Shown here one piece after another: positions 9,097 through 18,124 of a DNA stretch of 38,019 bases; the first letter of the stretch is position 1; each line of letters opens with the position of its first letter. Under the pieces are notes generated by a model, which saw only the letters and a list, made by a program, of their open reading frames with translations, did not search any database and was not told where the DNA came from. Source of the stretch: Planctomycetota bacterium (lineage in GTDB: Bacteria > Planctomycetota > GCA-002687715 > DRQF01); the NCBI GenBank assembly GCA_027001995.1, contig JALTLO010000019.1, forward strand, positions 48,874-86,892. Direction: 5' to 3'. The translations under genes and the position numbers were made by a program.

Positions 9097-9605
9097 GATG
9101 ATTCGACATTTCCAAGCAAGATAGCCAATTGCCGTTTGAAGTCTTGGCTCTTACATGCACCCTGAGCTTCTGAAATCAAGTTTATGTGTGGTTTCAATGC
9201 GACAGGGTCAAGGATGCTCAGGGCACTAGCAGCATAAAGCCTCACTTCCATATTCCCATCTTGAAGACAGCGACATACGAGATCGTACATGTTCGCGTGC
9301 TTGCGACGAACAATCCATTCGATGGCGGATTTCCTCCTGGCGGGGGTTCCATTGGAGATTCGTGCAGCAATACGACCTTTGCCAGAAGTTGAATAGTGAG
9401 AATCCAAGACGACAAAATCAGCCAGAATTTTGTCCTTGCCCGTCAATACGGGCACCGCAGTCTCAGACTCCCCAATGAAACGGTTGAGGCCGAGGGCGGT
9501 GATGCCTGCGATGCTGGCGGCGGCGGCTGTGCGGGTGAAGAAGCGGCGGCGACTGGCACGTTTGCGGTCAGCGATGTTCTTCTTGGCTTGGTCCGCTGCG
9601 GACAG
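9093..9605 (-). CDS. Twin-arginine-leader HEAT-like protein, cassette 5 (A-like leader; start uncertain: CTG 9605 or upstream ATG 9752/9758)
   Basis: SRRRFF...GITALGLNRFIGESETA; WIVRRKHANMYDLVC and LKPH. The in-frame CTG at 9605 follows AGAGGA-ttttcct, the same layout as AAAGGA-aatccct-ATG in cassettes 1 and 3. Confidence 0.7.
   Translation of the reverse strand: MSAADQAKKNIADRKRASRRRFFTRTAAAASIAGITALGLNRFIGESETAVPVLTGKDKILADFVVLDSHYSTSGKGRIAARISNGTPARRKSAIEWIVRRKHANMYDLVCRCLQDGNMEVRLYAASALSILDPVALKPHINLISEAQGACKSQDFKRQLAILLGNVESS
9457..9501. repeat. Partial third copy of the type-A leader repeat (45 bp)
   Basis: gcagtctcagactccccaatgaaacggttgaggccgagggcggtg is identical to 7618-7662. Confidence 0.9.
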
Positions 9606-10179
9606 AGGAAAATCCTCTGTGCCCCCGTGGACAATGGGGCCACAGAAGTAGCAATTATCAATATGGAGTTTTGTGTCCCCTGATCGATAGCCCAATTGCC
9701 ACGACTTCAGATAAATCTCACAACTAAATGGTCCTGGTGCGTTCGTTTTCATCGACATGATCTCATTGCAGAGTTCTCAAACTAACCACCTGCGGCAAAC
9801 AGGCCTGTATCAACCGCTCCATAATAGTCACCCCAAGTCGTCTGTAAAGAACTATTCCTGGACGATCTTGATCACCTTGGAAGCTCTCTGCGCCGACTCT
9901 GGCAGAAAACGCCTCACACTGAGAAAACGCGGAACAATCAGATAGATACTTGGCCATGGTCAGGCCCTGGATTAAACCCCAACGAATTCTCCTTAAACAA
10001 CAACCCCACAACAACTTAAGAATGAAGGTGGGCCCGTGGCTTCGGTGATGTCGGATTGGCCCAAAACTAGGGTTTCGGAATAATCAAAATGAAGCCGCGA
10101 TATGAGAGCTATCGAAACTCATGCAGATTTCTAAGATGCTCCCTGGGCGTCGCACACACAAATTCCACGGAGAGAGAAG

Positions 10180-12669
10180 ATGAATCGGCTCATTCTTGTT
10201 GTTGGAGTTCTTCTGTTGCTGGGGAGCGGGCTTGGATGGCTCTTCTTGGACAACCAAGACATTCAAGAAATCGGCAGCACCGGTATAGCGACGACGAGGC
10301 AAATGACAGAACCTCGAAGGGGCAAGTCCATTGTCCCAGAAATACAGGCACCACAACAAACAACAGAAGAAAAACGAGCACCCTTATCGTCAACACCCAA
10401 GAAGGAGTATGAGAACTGGTCAGATCTCAATGAGTCCAACAGCCAATTTGCTCGCATCATTGATCGCGAGACCAAAAAACCTGTTGCTGGGGCCACCCTC
10501 GCGGTTCTCGCCATCTCAAGATCAACGGACGAAAATCTCCGCAAGAAGATGCTCGAAGACATCGTCCGCTTTGCTGAGGAGAATGGCAAACTCTACCTTT
10601 CAGACGAAGCTGGCCAAGTGCGTATCCCCAAGGTCACGGCACCCACCGTCCTTACCGCAAGAAAAGACGAGAGAGTTGCGAGCAAGCAGGCCTTGGGCCG
10701 AGAAACGGATGCTCTTGTCTTAGCCATTGCACCCCGGTCTGAGATCAAAGTGAGAGTCACCACGATGGCCGGAAGACCTCTTTCAGCCATACCAACAGCA
10801 GTTTGTCTTCGGTATCGGGTCCAGGACAGGCAGAGCATTCCCCTGCTCTACGGGACTACAAACGACCGGGGAGTGGCCAAATTCAGCATCGTGCCGGGAA
10901 CCATCGAGCAGTTTCCCATGGACCAGTTCAATTTGAGGGTGGCGGCACTTGGAATTTTCAACCCACCATTAGAGCAATCCATTGAACGGGATAACCTTCC
11001 TTCAGAAGCCGTCCATCTGCGGCTTGGCCCTTTTGGCAGCATGGAAGTCAACATTCTTGACCAAGAAGGCAAGCCCTACGGGCAAAAAGTCTACGTTTCC
11101 TTCAACTTGGACACAGAAGAAAACAAACCTCTCTTCGCCAAGACCACCCAAGACGGCACCGTGAATGTTCCCATCGTGAGTTGTGGACTTGACCTCAAGA
11201 TAACAGCAATGCCTTACCCCGGGATCGACCTGAAACCTGTCAGTAGATCGGTCCAGAGTGCGACCAATCCAGGAGAGAAAAGCAGTATCACCCTGCAGTT
11301 TGGGTCCGCATGGGGCACCTTGAAAGGTCGACTGATAGATGAGGCCGGGGAGCCCATAAAGGACAGCAAGATCTTTCTCCAGGTCTTCGCCGACAAAGGC
11401 CAGGGAACACGAGGTGATTCCCACTATGTGTCCACCACTAGAACCGGCCAATTTAAGGTTCCCCTCTCCAGAGGATTCGATTCTAGGGTGTTCAAAAGAG
11501 AGATCGAAATAAGCACGGAAGCCCGCGAAAATACTCCCCCTTTAACAGTTCGCCTCCCGATGTCCTCAGAAGCACTCAAAGACGACATAGACTTAGGCAC
11601 ACTGACATTGAAAGGGCCGAGCCTATTGGCATCAGGTCACATCCGAGACCTTGCCGGCAATCCTATTGCGGGAGCTCATTTTGACATCAGAAATGGAAGG
11701 GATGAAGCGCCGGACGCCACCACCAAGAAAATCGGGCGGCTCCAATCAGACAAACGCGGGGCTTTCCAAATCTATGGCGAAACCACAGCTTCCACTTTGC
11801 ACATCAGTGCTTATGCCGCCAACCATTTCCAAGAGGGTGTCGAGGTCAAAACCGGCGCGCCCAATGTCAATATCTCCTTAAGCCGTGTCTGCAAGCTCAA
11901 AGGCCGGCTCATCATGCCAGAAGACATCGATGGCCGTTTCTTTTGGGTTCTGGCCGTCAAAGGCCAAACCCATGATGTGCAACCCGACGGACACTTCGAG
12001 CTGAGCTACTTAAAACCCGGGCCCCACAAGTTCGCTGTCCTGAGACGAGGAAAGGCTCGCCCATACGCCTTCGAAAAAGAAGTCATCTTGAAAGGCGGAG
12101 AAACCCGAGACTTAGGAGACATCCCCGTTCAAGTGTCGGGAACCAAGTTAGACATCGTGGTGAAGAGCCCCGTTTTCAAAGGACGCTACAACGGTCTTCG
12201 CATCGACCTCTTCGCACCTGGCAGCAAGAATCACTTGACATGGTTCTCCATTGACGAACAAAAGGACACCATCTTGATGCCCGCTGATGTCTGCGACATC
12301 TATGCCAGCAAAGTCGGGTTTCGAACAGAACTCTATGAGAGTGTTGCGAAAGGCGAGCTCACAATCAAACTCAAAAAAGGCATTCCTATTCGCATCCAAG
12401 TGGAGAATAAAGAAGAAATCCCCAAGGGCGGGTTCATCAACTTCGCCGCCGAAAACGCGAGCCCAATGTGGTACTACAGCCCGCGTGAAACTGCTGACGA
12501 AAAAGGCCGCATCTTCATCATGGAGCCCGGGGAACACAAGCTCAAAGCCTTCCTCAAGACCAAGATTGAGCAGAGGTTGGGCAAGGCTATTACCATCACG
12601 CCCAAGAGCATCTACGTCTTAGACAGTCACCAAGAACAGGTTTTTCAAGTGAAGATTGAGCCAAAGTAA
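10180..12669 (+). CDS. Membrane-anchored protein with repeated carboxypeptidase-regulatory-like (prealbumin-like) domains
   Basis: N-terminal hydrophobic anchor; repeated G-R-x-x-D-x-x-G-x-P-I/V-x-G-A motifs (RIIDRETKKPVAGA, GRLIDEAGEPI, GHIRDLAGNPIAGA). Confidence 0.75.
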   Translation: MNRLILVVGVLLLLGSGLGWLFLDNQDIQEIGSTGIATTRQMTEPRRGKSIVPEIQAPQQTTEEKRAPLSSTPKKEYENWSDLNESNSQFARIIDRETKKPVAGATLAVLAISRSTDENLRKKMLEDIVRFAEENGKLYLSDEAGQVRIPKVTAPTVLTARKDERVASKQALGRETDALVLAIAPRSEIKVRVTTMAGRPLSAIPTAVCLRYRVQDRQSIPLLYGTTNDRGVAKFSIVPGTIEQFPMDQFNLRVAALGIFNPPLEQSIERDNLPSEAVHLRLGPFGSMEVNILDQEGKPYGQKVYVSFNLDTEENKPLFAKTTQDGTVNVPIVSCGLDLKITAMPYPGIDLKPVSRSVQSATNPGEKSSITLQFGSAWGTLKGRLIDEAGEPIKDSKIFLQVFADKGQGTRGDSHYVSTTRTGQFKVPLSRGFDSRVFKREIEISTEARENTPPLTVRLPMSSEALKDDIDLGTLTLKGPSLLASGHIRDLAGNPIAGAHFDIRNGRDEAPDATTKKIGRLQSDKRGAFQIYGETTASTLHISAYAANHFQEGVEVKTGAPNVNISLSRVCKLKGRLIMPEDIDGRFFWVLAVKGQTHDVQPDGHFELSYLKPGPHKFAVLRRGKARPYAFEKEVILKGGETRDLGDIPVQVSGTKLDIVVKSPVFKGRYNGLRIDLFAPGSKNHLTWFSIDEQKDTILMPADVCDIYASKVGFRTELYESVAKGELTIKLKKGIPIRIQVENKEEIPKGGFINFAAENASPMWYYSPRETADEKGRIFIMEPGEHKLKAFLKTKIEQRLGKAITITPKSIYVLDSHQEQVFQVKIEPK

Positions 12670-12745
12670 ATTAGCCCAACAGGCACTCACAACAGCGGTG
12701 GAGAGAGCGGAGAGGCTTCCAAGCCGTCCTCCCAAGAAAAGTCGA

Positions 12746-13465
12746 TCACCTTGTTGCAGCACACGCCTCATCAAGCCACTCTCTCAACGGCGACCTATCC
12801 CCATCATCACCCAATTCATCCACTTTCGAGTAAAGATGATCACGCCAAAAGGGAAGAAAATCTTGCCACCGCGGAAGAGCCCTAACACTCGCCGAAATCA
12901 TTGCAGCAAGTGGTTTGTAGTTGCCATAAAGAAAGGTCGATTTTTCTAAGACTTCGAAAATCGCTGAGGCTCGTTTCTCAAGAGGCAAGGAAAAATAAGT
13001 TGTGACGGCGTATTCTGTGGTGGCAAAATTCATGTCGTAAGAAAGAACCTCACTGGGGCACTCATCAAAACCCAATAGGTCGAACGTCAATTCGCGCAAG
13101 CCCAACATCACGTGGCTAAAAATAAAATGTGAGCGCTCATAGGAACCTCGCACCAACAGAGAAGAAGCGAACCTCAGCAACTCATCCAGTTCTTCAGAAA
13201 CGAGCTGCGCCCCACTTCGAAGACTCTTCGCAACTTGCTCGGCCATTCTCCAGTCGTCGTCAGACTCCTGTGGCAAGTTCCACTTCGAATCTTGCTTGAT
13301 CGTGGCACGGATAATTGAGTCTTGAAGGTGATTCGGGCCGTTCTCAATGTACTTCCAATCTCGGTAGAATTCGCGAATGGTTGTTCGCAACTCCTCCACG
13401 CTGAGGCGGTCAAGGGCCTGGTGGAATACTTCAACATTGTCAGTCGTGGTCCGAAATTTATGCAT
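12746..13465 (-). CDS. Hypothetical protein (helical, acidic)
   Basis: 239 aa ORF lying between two well-supported genes; no motif recognised. Confidence 0.55.
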   Translation of the reverse strand: MHKFRTTTDNVEVFHQALDRLSVEELRTTIREFYRDWKYIENGPNHLQDSIIRATIKQDSKWNLPQESDDDWRMAEQVAKSLRSGAQLVSEELDELLRFASSLLVRGSYERSHFIFSHVMLGLRELTFDLLGFDECPSEVLSYDMNFATTEYAVTTYFSLPLEKRASAIFEVLEKSTFLYGNYKPLAAMISASVRALPRWQDFLPFWRDHLYSKVDELGDDGDRSPLREWLDEACAATR

Positions 13466-13525
13466 GGCTAAGTGGTTAAGTTTTCGTATGCGCCCATCTG
13501 GCGACGAAGAGAACGAAAGGTCCTA

Positions 13526-15667
13526 TCAGCGCTTCCTTAACTCGTCGAGGAAGGCTTCCATTTCGACTTTCAGGGCTTTCATGTCCAATTGGCCGAAGAC
13601 TTCTTCGATAGCTTTCTTGCTGGTCATCCCAGATTTGAGTTTGTCATGAAGAGAGGTGAGGACCTTCTTGTTTGTCGGGGTCGAATGGCGAAGAAAATAG
13701 ACCAACGCCCAAGCCCGCGCATAATTGAATGAGGCTGAGCCGTAGAAGTCTCGATAGGAAATGCGTACGAAGCGTCCGAGATCGCGGACCCCTCCCGCTA
13801 ACTCGGAGAGATGATCCTTGCGAATCGGCGTATTGCTCCATCTGCCGGAAGTCGCCGTTTCGTAATACTCGGCGGTTCCTTCGTTCAACCAGTTGGGCAT
13901 CTCTTCCGTGATACTATCGACGTATTGATGAAAACCTTCATGCTGAACAGTCTTGAGCATGCTCTTGCGATCAGGAAGATTCCAGATCAAGAGCTGCTTG
14001 AGCAAAGGGAAGTAAAGACCAGCCGTATGTGTCTTGGGTGTACCGATGAGGCTGCGCACGTACTCATGGTAACCAGCCTCTCCCGAGAAAATGTAAACTT
14101 GGAATCGACGTGGAGCCTTGGTTTTCGTTCGCCCCATGTAAGTTGAGTAGGCGGTAAATGCTTTCTCGAGAATTCTCGATGCGTCTTCTGCCGTCTTCTT
14201 ATCAATGTCGGTGTGGACTTCATAGTGTCGCGATTTCCAGTGGTAGACATTTTGCCACTTGGGCCCATGAGAAGCCCGAAACAAAGTGTCTTCCAACGCT
14301 TTGATCTGACGACTTCTCAAGCCCCTTTTAATGGCGTCTTTGATGACGGCATCGGCGGCAGGAAGTTCGTTATGCTCCATGAGCAAATAAGCCAAGGAAG
14401 AGTAGGAGTACGCTTCCTGAGGATGGCTCTTCAAAAGAGATCGCCAAACTTTGCGGGCCTCCTCCTTGCGGCCAGAGCGCGTCAGCAAGTCTGCCCACAT
14501 GGATCCGGATTCATAAAACGTCGGGTCAAGTTTGGCGCTGATTCCAGCATTCTTGAGTGCTAAATCCCACTTGTCCAATTTCGTCTGATAAAGAGCCAAA
14601 AACCAAGAACGAGTTGCTTGAGGAATCTCAGGAGAAAGAGCTTCTGCCTTTTTGAGAGCAAGCTCCCAATTCTTGAACGTTGCCAAGTCGCGCATGGACT
14701 TGAGCGCTTCGTGTTGACTTGGGGTCAACTCTCCGGGATAGGCTCGGTCGTCTCTCTTGACTTTCTTAACCTTGGCCACAGGAGGCCGGCCGTTGAGCAA
14801 CCATCTCGGTGCTACCCTTTCAATGCGAAAATCACTGGCAAATGTGGCTCGGTCTTTCTGCCTTTTTTCGTCAATCAGTCCCTTGATCCAGGCAGGTTGG
14901 ATCGCCCCCTTCAAGGTTACTTTGTCCACCGCGGTGTTGTCGTCGAAACCCCAGTAGCCCCAGTGATTGCGTTTCTTCTTTCCCTGCAAATAACCACGGT
15001 TGTTGTAGGACGCTTGGATCGAAGTGGACTTCACTTTGATTTTGAACTTAAACTTCTTGCCACCCTTAACCGGAGAGATTTCTTTGTAATCGAGATCAAC
15101 CCATTTGCCATTCTTGAGCCCACGAAGGCGAGCCGGAAACCAAGAATCGTTCTCCTGTTCGCAGCCGAAGAGAACGGTATAAGCGTTATCCTTGTAGCTA
15201 TCGATCATGACCATGAGCTGCTTGCCAATAGGGTGCTTGGGGCCGGAGACTTCAATCGTGGCGGGCCCTGTCAGCCTGGCCTTGTGAATGCGAAGGCCAT
15301 TGCTGCGCTCGAAATCGCGAAAATTACCATTGTAGGTGATTTTAATGGTGCCTCGTTTAGGATCGTACGATTTGAGGTCACCAGAAACGACGTCTTTGGG
15401 CTTGGCATCTGGATACTTACTGTGAAAGGCACAGCGTTCGAGATATTCGAGGATTTCGCGCCTACGACTGAAGACATAAGGAGCGCTTGCATGTTTGGTC
15501 AGTAGATCATCGAGCAAATCCCCAGCCTTTGTCCAGCGATTGATCTTTGTGAACCTGAGGACCTTAGCGTAATCGGCGTTAAACGCCTTCTCGTCGTCTT
15601 GTGCCTGCAAAGGACAAAAACAACCGAGATAGAGGCCAAGGCACAAAAGAACGATTCGACAAGTCAT
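13526..15667 (-). CDS. Secreted TPR protein with a C-terminal DUF1570/peptidase MA-like zinc metallopeptidase domain
   Basis: Signal peptide ending LQA; TPR-like helices in the middle; HEGFH followed by PNWLNEGTAEY and YARAWALVYFL. Confidence 0.8.
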   Translation of the reverse strand: MTCRIVLLCLGLYLGCFCPLQAQDDEKAFNADYAKVLRFTKINRWTKAGDLLDDLLTKHASAPYVFSRRREILEYLERCAFHSKYPDAKPKDVVSGDLKSYDPKRGTIKITYNGNFRDFERSNGLRIHKARLTGPATIEVSGPKHPIGKQLMVMIDSYKDNAYTVLFGCEQENDSWFPARLRGLKNGKWVDLDYKEISPVKGGKKFKFKIKVKSTSIQASYNNRGYLQGKKKRNHWGYWGFDDNTAVDKVTLKGAIQPAWIKGLIDEKRQKDRATFASDFRIERVAPRWLLNGRPPVAKVKKVKRDDRAYPGELTPSQHEALKSMRDLATFKNWELALKKAEALSPEIPQATRSWFLALYQTKLDKWDLALKNAGISAKLDPTFYESGSMWADLLTRSGRKEEARKVWRSLLKSHPQEAYSYSSLAYLLMEHNELPAADAVIKDAIKRGLRSRQIKALEDTLFRASHGPKWQNVYHWKSRHYEVHTDIDKKTAEDASRILEKAFTAYSTYMGRTKTKAPRRFQVYIFSGEAGYHEYVRSLIGTPKTHTAGLYFPLLKQLLIWNLPDRKSMLKTVQHEGFHQYVDSITEEMPNWLNEGTAEYYETATSGRWSNTPIRKDHLSELAGGVRDLGRFVRISYRDFYGSASFNYARAWALVYFLRHSTPTNKKVLTSLHDKLKSGMTSKKAIEEVFGQLDMKALKVEMEAFLDELRKR

Positions 15668-15840
15668 GCATCATCTCTCCACGTTGCTGAGGCTGGTATG
15701 ATACTGAAATGTTGATCGGCTGTCACGCTTTCCCGGGAGGGTTTTGCTGCGTCTAGGGTGTCCAGCTTTATTCGACGTATTGTCGCAGTTCCTGCGTAAG
15801 CTAAGAAACACCTATTCTCTCGATGACTCTGGAGGTCTAC

Positions 15841-17748
15841 ATGCGGTCCTTTTCCTTTGTTTTTTCTCTGTACCTATTCACCCTGCTCACCGGCACTTTG
15901 TCCGCTCAAGACAGTCGTGAGCGTTATGCTCTTCCCAAGAACACCCACGCCTTCACCAAGGCCCTTGAGAAAGGCACCAGAACCAAAGAAGGGAAGCCAG
16001 GGCCGAATTATTGGACCAACCGCGCTAACTACAAGATAGTCGCGAGCTTAGATCCCAAGACTGCAATCGTAAAAGGGGTCGCGACCATCACCTACTTGAA
16101 CAACTCGCCAAAAAGTCTTCGGTCTGTGCGAGTCCACTTGCGCCAAAACCTCCATCGGGATGATTCGCCCAGATCACAGAAAGTCGAAATCACAGGGGGC
16201 GTCACTCTGGGGGATGTCACAACGTGGGATCCAAACACTATGCAACCCACGGATGGAGTTCGGCGCCTGAGAAGATCCGGGACCGTGCTGAGTATTTCTC
16301 TCCGTAAGAAAATCGTTTCTGGCGGAAAGGTCATTCTACGAATTCCCTGGTCATACAAAGTCCCAAAAGTTGGAGCTCCTAGGAACGGACGGATCGGGGA
16401 AGATCTGTTCTACTTGGGGTACTGGTATCCACAGATGGCTGTCTTCGACGATGTCGAATCTTGGGTGGCAGATCCCTACATGGGCAGCGGCGAGTTCTAC
16501 ATGGGATATGGAGACTACGACGTATCTCTCACCGTCCCGAGTAACTTCATAGTCAGGGCCACAGGTTCGCTGGCAAATGCCGAGGAGGTCTTGAGCGCCC
16601 GATCCAGGGACCGATTAGAAATGGCCAGTCAAACGGAAGACGTTGTTCACATCGTCACCGCCGCAGAGGTCGCTAAGCCAGGCATCATGGCGGATGCCGA
16701 TGATGGCAAACTCACTTGGCGCTTCGTTGCCGAAAACGTGCGCGACTTTGCTATTGGTTGCGCCAATAACTACATGTGGGATGCCACTCATGCCAAGACT
16801 GAGGACGGTAAAACAAGCATGATCCATGCAGTTTATCGTCAGAAAGCTCAGCGGGGTTGGCGAGACGCCGCCGCCTACGCCCGCCACACCATCGAATTCA
16901 TGTCGAAGCACGTCTACCCCTACCCATATCCCCACGTTTCCGCCTGCGAAGGTGCCTCCGGTGGGGGCATGGAATTCCCCATGATGACCACCATTGCCGC
17001 CGGAAACCGCCAACGATCGATCCACGGAGTCGTGACCCACGAGCTGATTCACATGTGGTTCCCCATGATCGCCGGGAGCAACGAGAAACGCTACGCCTGG
17101 ATGGACGAAGGCATGACCAGCGCTTTGACCGCCCTTGCAACCAATGACTACTGGAAAGAAGATCGATCAGACGAAGGCGAGATCGCTCAATACGCCGCCA
17201 TGGCAGGCAAAGACTGGGAGCGCCCCACTATGACCCACTCCGACCACTACGGCGTGGGAGCCATGGCCTATGGTATCGCCACCTACGCCAAGACATCCGC
17301 CGCCTTTCTCCAGCTCCGTGCCATGATCGGAGCAGACACCTTCTATCGCACACTCCAAGACTATGTGAAGAATTGGGCTTTCAAGCACCCACGGCCAGAA
17401 GATCTGTTTGCAACATTCTCCCGTGTTTCAGGCCTGGACTTAGGTTGGTATTTCCGCACTTGGTTCTTTGAAACTTGGACCCTCGATCAGACGATTACCA
17501 ACGTCGAATTCAAAGACGGCAAATCCTTCGTCACTGTGGCTGACATGGGGACCGCCACCGCTCCCACCACAGTTGAAGTGACCATGGCCGATGGTTCCAC
17601 CCTCAGACAGACAATTCCTGTGACCTTCTGGATGAAGGGTGACCGCAGCAAAGTCTTAGAGTTCGATGGTGAGGTGATCAAAGCCACCGTCGACCCGGAT
17701 CGATGCGCTGTCGACAACAACCGTCGCAACGATCGCTGGGCGAAATAG
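15841..17748 (+). CDS. Secreted M1-family aminopeptidase
   Basis: GGAGG before ATG 15841; signal peptide; GGMEF, HELIH..WF and WMDEG (HEXXH-x18-E) motifs. Confidence 0.92.
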   Translation: MRSFSFVFSLYLFTLLTGTLSAQDSRERYALPKNTHAFTKALEKGTRTKEGKPGPNYWTNRANYKIVASLDPKTAIVKGVATITYLNNSPKSLRSVRVHLRQNLHRDDSPRSQKVEITGGVTLGDVTTWDPNTMQPTDGVRRLRRSGTVLSISLRKKIVSGGKVILRIPWSYKVPKVGAPRNGRIGEDLFYLGYWYPQMAVFDDVESWVADPYMGSGEFYMGYGDYDVSLTVPSNFIVRATGSLANAEEVLSARSRDRLEMASQTEDVVHIVTAAEVAKPGIMADADDGKLTWRFVAENVRDFAIGCANNYMWDATHAKTEDGKTSMIHAVYRQKAQRGWRDAAAYARHTIEFMSKHVYPYPYPHVSACEGASGGGMEFPMMTTIAAGNRQRSIHGVVTHELIHMWFPMIAGSNEKRYAWMDEGMTSALTALATNDYWKEDRSDEGEIAQYAAMAGKDWERPTMTHSDHYGVGAMAYGIATYAKTSAAFLQLRAMIGADTFYRTLQDYVKNWAFKHPRPEDLFATFSRVSGLDLGWYFRTWFFETWTLDQTITNVEFKDGKSFVTVADMGTATAPTTVEVTMADGSTLRQTIPVTFWMKGDRSKVLEFDGEVIKATVDPDRCAVDNNRRNDRWAK

Positions 17749-17793
17749 GACGAGGCCAGTCCACAATTGCCCTGAGTCATCCACATCCACAAG

Positions 17794-17823
17794 AAGCCCA
17801 GAGGAAACTCTGGGCTTTTTTTT
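17794..17823 (+). terminator. Rho-independent terminator after the M1 peptidase
   Basis: aagcccagag-gaaa-ctctgggctt followed by a T-tract. Confidence 0.9.
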
Positions 17824-18124
17824 CGATGAACCCGTGAGGCGTTTTCTTGCTGACTCGTAACCCTCGGGTAACACACTGGCGAGATATTAAGAGCAATTAA
17901 AGATACAAGGCCCATCTTGGTCGTCAACCTCGATTTCACCGGAGGAAACGACCAAAGAACGTGCTTCATGAATGGCACGCCTTGTGCTTCTCCACGTTTG
18001 GAAAAGTGGCGACACATAGGCGTTTCCACATCACCATCACCTGCTCATCCGACTCGAGAGTCATCACCTCTTGAGTCGACACAGTTCTCAGATTTCAACA
18101 ACAATTGTCTTGCGGAGTAACAAC

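Noticed and set aside
5747..9501. Regularly spaced repeats read as a CRISPR array, IS ends or a DGR template/variable repeat
   Set aside because: The repeats are ~200 bp, coding and about 1.9 kb apart. No cas, transposase or reverse transcriptase gene is in the window. The few A-type mismatches are ordinary transitions in leader and upstream DNA, not in a C-terminal variable region.
14618..15505. 295 aa plus-strand ORF
   Set aside because: Antisense shadow of the DUF1570/TPR gene with no motifs.
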